Shown here: one piece after another, positions 8,554-17,684 of the stretch
Layout of the letters: every line of letters starts with the position of its first letter
Position numbering within the stretch: position 1 is the first letter of the stretch
Virus record (IMG/VR): IMGVR_UViG_3300045988_180696
Location: 1 to 28,506 of that record
Strand: one strand, 5' to 3'
Origin: a virus
Length of the DNA: 28,506 nt
Program-made: the position numbers and the translations under genes
The notes under the pieces: generated by a model
What the model was told of the DNA's origin: nothing
What the model saw: only the letters and a program-made list of their open reading frames with translations
Databases searched by the model: none

Positions 8554-8651
8554 ATGTACGATAGATAACAGTTATCGAAAAGGCGCCCTGCCCTTCGCAC
8601 ACTTAACAATGCGCTTTAGGCGAACTTCCCGTTTGGGTGGTTCGCCTTTTT
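8554..8651 (+). ncRNA. Leader element D
   Basis: ATGTACGATAGATAACAG...TTCGCACA (one mismatch in the outer stem), then terminator AGGCGAACTTCCCG TTT GGGTGGTTCGCCT TTTT. Confidence 0.6.
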
Positions 8652-8678
8652 GCGTATAAAAGAAAGGAAATAATTAAA

Positions 8679-8918
8679 ATGAATGAGTACGAAGCAACAA
8701 TACAAATCAACCCAACCGACGATATCAAGTTCATACTTGAGGAGCCCGGCTGCTATGAGTCTGAAATTGAAATGATGAAGGCCGGTGGCACCTATGATGC
8801 GTTTGTCAAGCGTGTCTATGATGCCATCGACTGGTCTCATCTGTTTGAGCGTATTGCTCAGATGGAAAACGAAGCCATCACGGCAGCTATCGACAAATTG
8901 TCTGACAGCATGATTTGA
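8679..8918 (+). CDS. Hypothetical protein (79 aa)
   Basis: MNEYEATIQINPTDDIKFILEEPG..., RBS GAAAGGA, immediately downstream of leader D. Confidence 0.6.
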   Translation: MNEYEATIQINPTDDIKFILEEPGCYESEIEMMKAGGTYDAFVKRVYDAIDWSHLFERIAQMENEAITAAIDKLSDSMI

Positions 8919-8937
8919 TTGTTAGGAGGTAAATACT

Positions 8938-9078
8938 ATGTACATTCTCATTAAAAACCAGGAAGGCGAAAACATGAATCTGCTTTCCCAGAACACCGAT
9001 TTCAACGCCCTGCTGGCAGCCATGAAAGCTGACATTGAGGCAGAGTACGCAAGGCTAATCAAGCTCCGTACACCGTAA
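8938..9078 (+). pseudogene. Small ORF apparently interrupted by an IscB relic
   Basis: MYILIKNQEGENMNLLSQNTDFNALLAAMKADIEAEYA runs into IscB-derived sequence read in another frame. RBS TTAGGAGG. Confidence 0.45.
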
Positions 9079-9260
9079 AGGGTTATCGTCTTTGGGACAA
9101 AGTATCCTATAATGGCTCAGAATGCTTTATCACAGGCAGACGAACTTCTGGATACTTCGCTCTTAAAAAATTGGACGGTACTGTTGTTTCTAATAGCGCG
9201 TCCTACAAAAAAATGCGGCTACTAGAAGTCGCAACAAATTATATTACAGAAAGAAGGTGA
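9045..9260 (+). pseudogene. IscB C-terminal fragment (relic 2)
   Basis: VRKANQAPYTVKGYRLWDKVSYNGSECFITGRRTSGYFALKKLDGTVVSNSASYKKMRLLEVATNYITERR*, aligns without gaps to relic 1. No start codon. Confidence 0.75.
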
Positions 9261-9270
9261 AGGAACAATT

Positions 9271-9303
9271 CCTCCCATGACTGAAGTCACGGGTATCCTT
9301 GCC
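9271..9303 (+). mobile_element. IS200/IS605-type right-end hairpin of relic 2
   Basis: CCTCCCATGACTGAAGTCACGGGTATCCTTGCC, near-identical to the hairpin after relic 1. Confidence 0.65.
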
Positions 9304-9336
9304 CAGCTCAATGAATAATATCTGACTCGTATCTTT

Positions 9337-9369
9337 GCGGTCGTTCCTTTTGGAGCGGCCGCTTTTTTT
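9337..9369 (+). terminator. Intrinsic terminator
   Basis: GCGGTCGTTCC TTTT GGAGCGGCCGC TTTTTTT. Confidence 0.8.
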
Positions 9370-9382
9370 GTTTTCAGTTTCC

Positions 9383-9410
9383 TTGCGCAAATGTGCGAGT
9401 CTCATAAAAT
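9383..9410 (+). promoter_or_regulatory. TGCGA-type promoter P5, no leader element
   Basis: TTGCGC-aaatgTGCGAgtctca-TAAAAT, then GGGAGG within about 10 nt. Confidence 0.7.
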
Positions 9411-9431
9411 GAAAATTAGGGAGGTGCTGTT

Positions 9432-9728
9432 TTGAAAATTCAGAGAATCATGCCTGCAACTACTCACTCCATGAAAGACGCGTTACCGCTTGGGACTATC
9501 CTGACGGTGAAAAATGTTGCAGACCAGAAATATATTGTGGTCGGCTATGACACAAGTTCTTTTCCGCATAACTACTATGCGGTTCCCTGGCCGCAAGGGT
9601 ACATGGGTGAAGAAAATATGTACTTGGTAGGATTTGATGATATTGCGAAAGTTCTGTGTCGCGGCGGAATCAATGAGGAATCCAGAGTTTTCTTGCAGGC
9701 ACTGGATGATGTGTTGAACGGGAGGTGA
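9432..9728 (+). CDS. Hypothetical protein (98 aa, TTG start)
   Basis: GGGAGG RBS spaced for TTG 9432. Confidence 0.65.
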   Translation: MKIQRIMPATTHSMKDALPLGTILTVKNVADQKYIVVGYDTSSFPHNYYAVPWPQGYMGEENMYLVGFDDIAKVLCRGGINEESRVFLQALDDVLNGR

Positions 9729-9732
9729 CACG

Positions 9733-9948
9733 GTGACGGTAAAAGAGCTGAAGCATATGCTTGAGAACGCGGACGACAATGCTATCGTCGTTGTGCGAAA
9801 TAACTGGGCTCCGGCGGAATTCCTGAATACCTCTGCTCGGAAGATGGTGCTTGTGAAAACAAATGGCAAGCTCATGACGCCGAAATGGGCCGAGGCGAGC
9901 GGGTATATCTGCGAAGGCCCTGCTATGTCGGCAATTTTATTCGATTGA
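9733..9948 (+). CDS. Hypothetical protein (71 aa, GTG start)
   Basis: GGGAGG RBS; MTVKELKHMLENADDNAIVVVRNN. Confidence 0.65.
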   Translation: MTVKELKHMLENADDNAIVVVRNNWAPAEFLNTSARKMVLVKTNGKLMTPKWAEASGYICEGPAMSAILFD

Positions 9949-9949
9949 G

Positions 9950-10291
9950 GTGAAAAAAATCATGCCCGATAAAAAAGTGGCCACGCAGGCATCTGATGGA
10001 CCCTGGGAACGCGAAACCATCATCACATTCAATGACGCGGAGAAGAAAGCATCCTACTACACCTGCAACAAAGCTCGTATGGAACAGCTAAAAGAGCTTG
10101 CCAAAGAATACCCTGATGCTGTTAAAATCACGCGGGATGAGGACTGGTGTATGGAGGCAGATATGCCCAAGAAATGGGTCAAAATCAAGCCGCCTCGCAA
10201 GCTGACCGAAGAGCAATATGCGGAACTGGTCAGACGCGGCAAAGAACTTGCAGAGCGGCAGCGACAGGCAAAGAACTTAGTGAAGGAATAA
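9950..10291 (+). CDS. Hypothetical protein (GTG 9950 or ATG 9962 start)
   Basis: Tightly packed ORF with charged composition. Confidence 0.65.
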   Translation: MKKIMPDKKVATQASDGPWERETIITFNDAEKKASYYTCNKARMEQLKELAKEYPDAVKITRDEDWCMEADMPKKWVKIKPPRKLTEEQYAELVRRGKELAERQRQAKNLVKE

Positions 10292-10325
10292 TCCGGCTTC
10301 ATATGCCGGAAGAGGAGGATATAAA

Positions 10326-10943
10326 ATGTATAATTCTTACAGCGCATTGAATCTTTTGGGCGGTATGCTCTATACGATGATTCTTCTGGTGATAGCGTAT
10401 TTTGTGCTCAAAATCGTCGCCAATTGGAAAATTTTTGAGAAGGCCGGGCAGCCTGGCTGGGCATCCATCGTCCCGTTCTACAGCAACTACATCGAATTCA
10501 ACATTTACTGGGGGAACGGCTGGTTGTTTCTGATTCCGGTCGTGCTGAGCCTTTTGTCTGGCATCCCGCTGCTCGGCAATCTGTTCCTGGTTGTTGCTCT
10601 CATCATCGGTGCTATTACCAACTACAAGAAAGCTGTTGCGTTCGGTGAAGGTATCGGGTTCACGATTGGTCTTTGCCTTCTGAATCCGGTGTTTAACATG
10701 ATTCTTGCTTTCGGCCATTATGAGTATCACGGTATCCCGCAGGATGGCTATTCCTATTCTCAGCTCAAGACCAAATATGAGGAAAAGAAAGCCGAACAGC
10801 AGAACAACCCCAGCACTGTTCAGTACCAGGCCCCCGAAACTCCCAAAGAGCCGAGCCAGAATGTTCAGTATCAGACTCCGAATGCTCCTGCTGAAGTCAA
10901 GACCCCGCCGACTCAGCAGAATCAAAATCAGGACAATGGCTGA
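10326..10943 (+). CDS. Multi-pass membrane protein, DUF5684-like, with a Pro/Gln-rich tail
   Basis: Hydrophobic segments with EKAGQPGWASIVPFYSNYIEFNIYW and NPVFNMILAFG. Confidence 0.7.
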   Translation: MYNSYSALNLLGGMLYTMILLVIAYFVLKIVANWKIFEKAGQPGWASIVPFYSNYIEFNIYWGNGWLFLIPVVLSLLSGIPLLGNLFLVVALIIGAITNYKKAVAFGEGIGFTIGLCLLNPVFNMILAFGHYEYHGIPQDGYSYSQLKTKYEEKKAEQQNNPSTVQYQAPETPKEPSQNVQYQTPNAPAEVKTPPTQQNQNQDNG

Positions 10944-11136
10944 TATTATTTGGGTCGTTGTGTTTCTCTGCGTTCTCATCGCGTCCTGCTTTGGAATGTA
11001 CTATTTCCAGGGTGAGAACAAACAAAAATTTGTGTTTTGCTTTTTGCTGGTAGCATTATCTTTTGGAGTTCTTGCGTTTCGACTCCTGGATATTGCCTAC
11101 ACAATGATAAACGCAGCTGTCAAAGCCGCACAATGA
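10936..11136 (+). CDS. Small two-TM membrane protein (66 aa)
   Basis: MADIIWVVVFLCVLIASCFGMYYFQGENKQKFVFCFLLVALSFGVLAFRLLDIAYTMINAAVKAAQ; overlaps the upstream stop. Confidence 0.55.
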   Translation: MADIIWVVVFLCVLIASCFGMYYFQGENKQKFVFCFLLVALSFGVLAFRLLDIAYTMINAAVKAAQ

Positions 11137-11219
11137 CCTTTTTGCAATTCTCAAACTGTTTTTTGGCAGACCTTCCAACCGAGGGCCTGCCATTTTTATT
11201 GTTGCCAGGAGGAAAATCT

Positions 11220-12101
11220 ATGAAAATCCGATTCTATACAAACAACAAAGAAGCTATTGTATTCGACCTCGAGGATATTTTGAAGCAGCTCAACATTGAA
11301 GAGCAGGTAGCCACTGTCGGCCTTGTCATTGAAAAAGACGAGGCCGAGGTTGAGGCAATCGCTCAGACAATACAAGACGATTATCCGAACATGTATCTCC
11401 AGGCAAAAGAATACGGACGGAATCTGACCTTGGCTTGTGCGGAGCTTCCGAACCCTACTAACCCGGATATTGTAACCTACCTCTATGCGGGCGATGATGC
11501 TACGGAAACTGACAGTTGGATTGCGAAAGTGAACAACACAATTCGTGCGCAAGGGGATAACAGTGAACGGCTCATCCATATTGACTCGAATCTCGCTGCC
11601 GTGGTAGAAGCAAACGAAACGGAACAAGGATACTATGCTTCCACCGTGGCGCAGCATGACAAGGCTACAAACGAAATGCTGAGTTTTCGACAGATTGCAG
11701 AGTCGTTGGAAGCTGTTGGGGATAACTACAAGTACCAGAGCGCAAGCAACATTCTGACTGCAAGAACAAAAGCAGAGCGGAACTATATTGTCCGGCTTAT
11801 CAAGATGTATTGCGACGATACCAAATACCTTGCTGGTTCTATGCCGCAAAGTGAGAACCCGTTCTGTGTCCAGAACGTTGACGCTCTGAACCAGCGTGAT
11901 GCGCAGTGGTCCGAAATCAAAGAGTATCTTGCACAGGACGAGAATCGCAACAAACTGGATGTGATTCTTGGCTTCGTGCCGGATGCGGAGAGCGACAAGA
12001 CTCTAATTCTGCACAGCATTGAAGAAAAAGGGAAGGCCATGTCTGATTCTGAAATCGAAAAAGCATATAATTTGCTGTTTGGTGACTGTAGCAATGGATG
12101 A
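11220..12101 (+). CDS. Hypothetical protein (293 aa)
   Basis: ATG 11220 preceded by AGGAGG. Confidence 0.8.
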   Translation: MKIRFYTNNKEAIVFDLEDILKQLNIEEQVATVGLVIEKDEAEVEAIAQTIQDDYPNMYLQAKEYGRNLTLACAELPNPTNPDIVTYLYAGDDATETDSWIAKVNNTIRAQGDNSERLIHIDSNLAAVVEANETEQGYYASTVAQHDKATNEMLSFRQIAESLEAVGDNYKYQSASNILTARTKAERNYIVRLIKMYCDDTKYLAGSMPQSENPFCVQNVDALNQRDAQWSEIKEYLAQDENRNKLDVILGFVPDAESDKTLILHSIEEKGKAMSDSEIEKAYNLLFGDCSNG

Positions 12102-12107
12102 ATAATC

Positions 12108-12135
12108 TTGCGCTTTCGTGCGAGACCCGTATGAT
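12108..12135 (+). promoter_or_regulatory. TGCGA-type promoter P6
   Basis: TTGCGC-tttcgTGCGAgacccg-TATGAT. Confidence 0.8.
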
Positions 12136-12140
12136 TTAGC

Positions 12141-12237
12141 TTGTACGATAGATACCATCTACTAAGCACACTGTGTGCTCGTACAATTCACACTTCGCTT
12201 TTGGGCGGACTTCCCACACCGGGAGGTTCGCCTTTTT
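12141..12237 (+). ncRNA. Leader element F
   Basis: TTGTACGA TAGATACCATC...GCACA CTG TGTGC TCGTACAA. The terminator is GGCGGACTTCCC ACACC GGGAGGTTCGCC TTTTT, a 12-bp stem. Confidence 0.75.
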
Positions 12238-12260
12238 GCGTACAAAAAAGGAGTTTAACT

Positions 12261-12665
12261 ATGGATAACGTATGGACAAATCTTGGCAACCGACTCGAAA
12301 CTGCTTGGAAAAGACCAACAAGGCCCAACTCTAAACGCCCGAAAGACGGTGAAATCATCGACGAAGAGAAATCGGTGCGCTGGAACAGGGAAGAGGTCGT
12401 TCGCCGACAGAAAGCCTGGGATGCGGAATGCTCTCGGCTGAAGAAGGCGCAGAATGCAGAAATCGAACACATCTCGGAAGCTATCGAACTTCAAATTCAG
12501 GAAGACATCAAAGCCGAAACGAAACGCAGCATTTCCAAAAAGGCTGCAACCATCCTCTGGCAAAAAGCCTACGACCGTGGCCACGCCTATGGTTTCGCTG
12601 ACATCTACTGTGCCATCGAAGACTACGAGGAGCTGGTTGTTGCCGTACTCACAAACGCTCGTTGA
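12261..12665 (+). CDS. Hypothetical protein (134 aa)
   Basis: RBS AAAAAAGGAG, ATG 12261. Confidence 0.7.
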   Translation: MDNVWTNLGNRLETAWKRPTRPNSKRPKDGEIIDEEKSVRWNREEVVRRQKAWDAECSRLKKAQNAEIEHISEAIELQIQEDIKAETKRSISKKAATILWQKAYDRGHAYGFADIYCAIEDYEELVVAVLTNAR

Positions 12666-12681
12666 AAGAAAGGAAAATACC

Positions 12682-13491
12682 ATGAAGCTGAATGAATACC
12701 TCGCTAAAAATGCCGTCAAGCTGATGATTAAGGGCTCTGGAGAAAAGAATCCTACGCGCCAGACCAATGACCTCGGCATGTACGATTATGTTGAGAACCT
12801 TGAAAGCGTCCTCGGCAAAATGGTCTGGATTTGCGATTATCGCGCAAATGCGGACCCGACCAAAAAGCCGATTCGTAACATCAAACCTACCCCGGTTGTT
12901 GTAACGGACGCAAAAGAAACGAGCAAAACCATCTATTATTCTCCGGTCTATTTTCGGCCGGTAAATCGGGGTAAGATTTCTTCAACCGTCATTGCCCCAT
13001 TGGACAACACCGGGTATCGCTGCTGCTCCGGCACTTCCGTCAACATCTTCTACACGAAAGAAGAGTGCGTGAAGTGCTATCGGGAGCAGGTTCGACAGGC
13101 AGACGAGATTTATGAGAAAGAGAAGGCTCGCATCATCAAAGAGTTCGACGCTCGCATGCAGATTCTCAATGATTCTCTCACGCCGTTCAACGATGTCCCG
13201 CAGAGCGATTACACCGTTGTTGCAAAAATGGATGTTACGAACGATTCTCTCGGATACAATGAGAAAAATCGGCATTTTTATCTCGAGACGACCCGAACCA
13301 TGATTCCGACTCGCTATACCATCGAAATGCTCAAGATGCAGGCACTGATTGGCCTGGTGGATGAACTCCGTGCAAACACCACCTGGCAAAAGGGCGTTCC
13401 TTTCCGTATCCTTATCAGAACAACAGTTTTCGTGGATGGTATTGAAGATGTCAGCCAGGCCACAACGGAATCTCAAACCATTACCCTTTGA
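12682..13491 (+). CDS. Hypothetical protein (269 aa)
   Basis: RBS AAAGGA, ATG 12682. Confidence 0.75.
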   Translation: MKLNEYLAKNAVKLMIKGSGEKNPTRQTNDLGMYDYVENLESVLGKMVWICDYRANADPTKKPIRNIKPTPVVVTDAKETSKTIYYSPVYFRPVNRGKISSTVIAPLDNTGYRCCSGTSVNIFYTKEECVKCYREQVRQADEIYEKEKARIIKEFDARMQILNDSLTPFNDVPQSDYTVVAKMDVTNDSLGYNEKNRHFYLETTRTMIPTRYTIEMLKMQALIGLVDELRANTTWQKGVPFRILIRTTVFVDGIEDVSQATTESQTITL

Positions 13492-13508
13492 TGAACTATG
13501 AAGAGCGC

Positions 13509-13543
13509 ACGCCCCGTCTATAGCCGTAAGGCTTAGGTGGGGA
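13509..13543. repeat. Imperfect hairpin related, in inverted orientation, to 1741..1777
   Basis: GCCCCGTCTATAG-CCGTAAGG-CTTAGGTGGGGAGG compared with the reverse complement of 1741..1777. Confidence 0.4.
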
Positions 13544-13580
13544 GGTTCACAAAAAACAAAACAATACATATGTGAGGTAA

Positions 13581-15647
<2,067 letters not shown>

Positions 15648-15661
15648 GGAGGTCTTGTGGT

Positions 15662-15907
15662 ATGTATGACTTCGACCGCATCGTAAAAGCTGCGGAGTCC
15701 TGTGACTTTCACGACGCATTTGCCTCTGACATCAAACGCTGTGAAAATGCTCTTGGCATGGGTGGCCTCATGGCAATCAATGCTGAATGTTGGCTTGATG
15801 TATTGAGCGCCATGCCGGACGCTGAAATCGCAGAGTATGTCCACACTAAGTATAAGCCCGGTCTCTTGAATCCGTTTAAGGGAACGTCCTTGTACATCAA
15901 ATCTTAA
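15662..15907 (+). CDS. Small hypothetical protein with YKPGLLNPF motif; paralogue of 2325..2567
   Basis: AECWLDVLSAMPDAEIAEYVHTKYKPGLLNPF; RBS GGAGG after the ligA stop. Confidence 0.7.
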   Translation: MYDFDRIVKAAESCDFHDAFASDIKRCENALGMGGLMAINAECWLDVLSAMPDAEIAEYVHTKYKPGLLNPFKGTSLYIKS

Positions 15908-15943
15908 CCTCTTGCCGCTTGCCCTTCACAGGGTGAGCGGCTT

Positions 15944-15971
15944 TTGCTAATATGTGCGAATCGCGTACACT
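15944..15971 (+). promoter_or_regulatory. TGCGA-type promoter P7, no leader element
   Basis: TTGCTA-atatgTGCGAatcgcg-TACACT. Confidence 0.65.
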
Positions 15972-15997
15972 AAAATAATAGAAAGAAGGTATCAATA

Positions 15998-16600
15998 ATG
16001 AAATCACATGAAGCTCCTGTTACCGAAAGCATGCAACAATGTATCGACTATATCAAGCAGAATGAAGATGAAATCGCAGAATATGTGAATTCGCTTTTTC
16101 TTGCTCAGAAGGATGTAATTAGAGAGCAGCTTTTGGAGAGTTTGGCAGCAATGCTGAACCCCATTCCCACTCATTATGAATGGCGCAGCAATGATTGCCC
16201 GTATGATTATTCTGGTGAATTGTACGAAGATGGAAAGGTATCTTTGGAGCAGACTGTTAGTGAATTTCTCGAGAGCGAATATACTGGTGCAAGCCGCGCA
16301 ACCTATGTATCTCACTATGGTCTATCATATAACACATATGGGGATAGCCTCTCGGACGATACCCTTGAGATTGGCTGCTCCATTATGACCGATGGAATTA
16401 AAGATTTCGTACAGAGGAATGCAGGGATTCCGTGTGAACGATTCTCCCGTGAAGAATTTTTCGACATCAAAACCGAATGTAACGAATTTGACCCGATATA
16501 CGACGAATGCCGCGCCAGCGATTTCTTTTGGGCTACTGCCGCTGTAGAATTTGCAGGCATTGACAAAATGACTTTGAAAGAAGTTCTCGCCGCAGTATAA
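15998..16600 (+). CDS. Hypothetical protein (200 aa)
   Basis: RBS AGAAGG, ATG 15998. Confidence 0.75.
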   Translation: MKSHEAPVTESMQQCIDYIKQNEDEIAEYVNSLFLAQKDVIREQLLESLAAMLNPIPTHYEWRSNDCPYDYSGELYEDGKVSLEQTVSEFLESEYTGASRATYVSHYGLSYNTYGDSLSDDTLEIGCSIMTDGIKDFVQRNAGIPCERFSREEFFDIKTECNEFDPIYDECRASDFFWATAAVEFAGIDKMTLKEVLAAV

Positions 16601-16645
16601 ATTGTCACGAAAGCCGTTCGCCGTTTGGTGGACGGCTTTTTCTTT

Positions 16646-16673
16646 TTGACATTTTTTGCGATTTCCCGATAAT
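16646..16673 (+). promoter_or_regulatory. TGCGA-type promoter P8
   Basis: TTGACA-tttttTGCGAtttccc-GATAAT. Confidence 0.6.
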
Positions 16674-16692
16674 AGTGGAAACACCCAAAACA

Positions 16693-16812
16693 ATGTGGAA
16701 ACGTGACGATGCCTTGGCTAGTATCACCTCAAACTATACGGTAAAAGCTAATCTTACTTCCGGTGATTGGAGCGGCACGGTGTCTTTTGCCTGCACCATT
16801 TCAGGAAACTAA
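16693..16812 (+). pseudogene. Fragment resembling the end of a secreted or surface beta-domain protein
   Basis: MWKRDDALASITSNYTVKANLTSGDWSGTVSFACTISGN*; no RBS. Confidence 0.3.
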
Positions 16813-16879
16813 ATATCCGGTCTTCTAAATTGTACGATGTGTCGTATATATTATTTTCGTAAAAACTTGGTATTTTGGG

Positions 16880-16907
16880 TTGACGGCACGTGCGATACCC
16901 ATAGAAT
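16880..16907 (+). promoter_or_regulatory. TGCGA-type promoter P9
   Basis: TTGACG-gcacgTGCGAtaccca-TAGAAT. Confidence 0.7.
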
Positions 16908-16911
16908 AGAT

Positions 16912-16999
16912 AATGTAACAGAGATATCATTGATTTGCCATAGTTCATATACCTCCTGGAAGAAGGACAGATGCCCATATTGGGTTTCTGTCCTTTTTC
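16912..16999 (+). ncRNA. Variant leader G: divergent 5' sequence plus intrinsic terminator
   Basis: Same promoter and spacing to terminator AAGGACAG-ATGCCCA-TAT-TGGGTTT-CTGTCCTT-TTT, but no GTACGATAGATA motif. Confidence 0.5.
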
Positions 17000-17231
17000 T
17001 TTTTGAGGATTCCCGCAGATTTTCTGCGTTTAATATAGATTCATCCCACGGAATGTGGACTTCTGACAGCCGAAGGAAAGGCTGATTATATAGAATTGCT
17101 ATGCTAATCAACATAGCACGCGTACACAGCGTCAATGTGTTTATATAAATGTTCCTGCACGCGAACGCCGCGTTAAGAGCGTATTTATATATACCGTATA
17201 ACAATTACAAACCTTCAAGGAGGACTTTACC

Positions 17232-17600
17232 ATGATTCGAAACATAATTTAGCAAGTAGACGCCATCATCAGCAGCCACGAAGCCAAAGCCAAACAATAT
17301 ACAGCTGACTATGGTTCATTCGTTCACGGTCTAATTAAGACCTAGCTGAGCAAAGATGGTGTGATACTCGCGCTCCTGCTGGAGCAAGTGAAACTGACCG
17401 ATGCCGCGAAATTTCTGCTGCTTTTGGCAGTAGTATCAATCGCTGGCGCATTTCTTGTCAAGAAAGTCTTCAAAAATTACAGCCACATCAAAGGATTGGC
17501 CGAAGACTTTCTGAAATCAGCTGACGTTTTCGGAGCTGTCAAAGAAGCGATTTCTGATATCGCCAGCGGCTCCTGCAAAACAAACAACAAAAAAGAATAA
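17232..17600 (+). CDS. Small membrane protein interrupted by two in-frame amber codons (17250-17252, 17343-17345)
   Basis: AAGGAGGACTTTACC-ATG. MIRNII*QVDAIISSHEAKAKQYTADYGSFVHGLIKT*LSKDGVILALLLEQVKLTDAAKFLLLLAVVSIAGAFLVKKVF... stays protein-like through both TAGs. Confidence 0.45.
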
Positions 17601-17616
17601 TAACATCCCCGATATA

Positions 17617-17667
17617 TGGGGCTCACATTGCTGTGGAGATAAATTCGAGAGCAGCACGGCAGCCCCA
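17617..17667 (+). promoter_or_regulatory. Structured 5' UTR upstream of the GHKL ATPase
   Basis: TGGGGCT...TGCTG...CAGCA...AGCCCCA, two-part stem. Confidence 0.4.
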
Positions 17668-17684
17668 CGTTACGGGGTTATATT

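Noticed and set aside
10705-10943. Frame-shifted + ORF MLSAIMSITVSRRMAIPILSSRP
   Set aside because: It is an alternative frame inside the DUF5684-like gene; the Arg/Ser-rich composition is typical of a spurious ORF.
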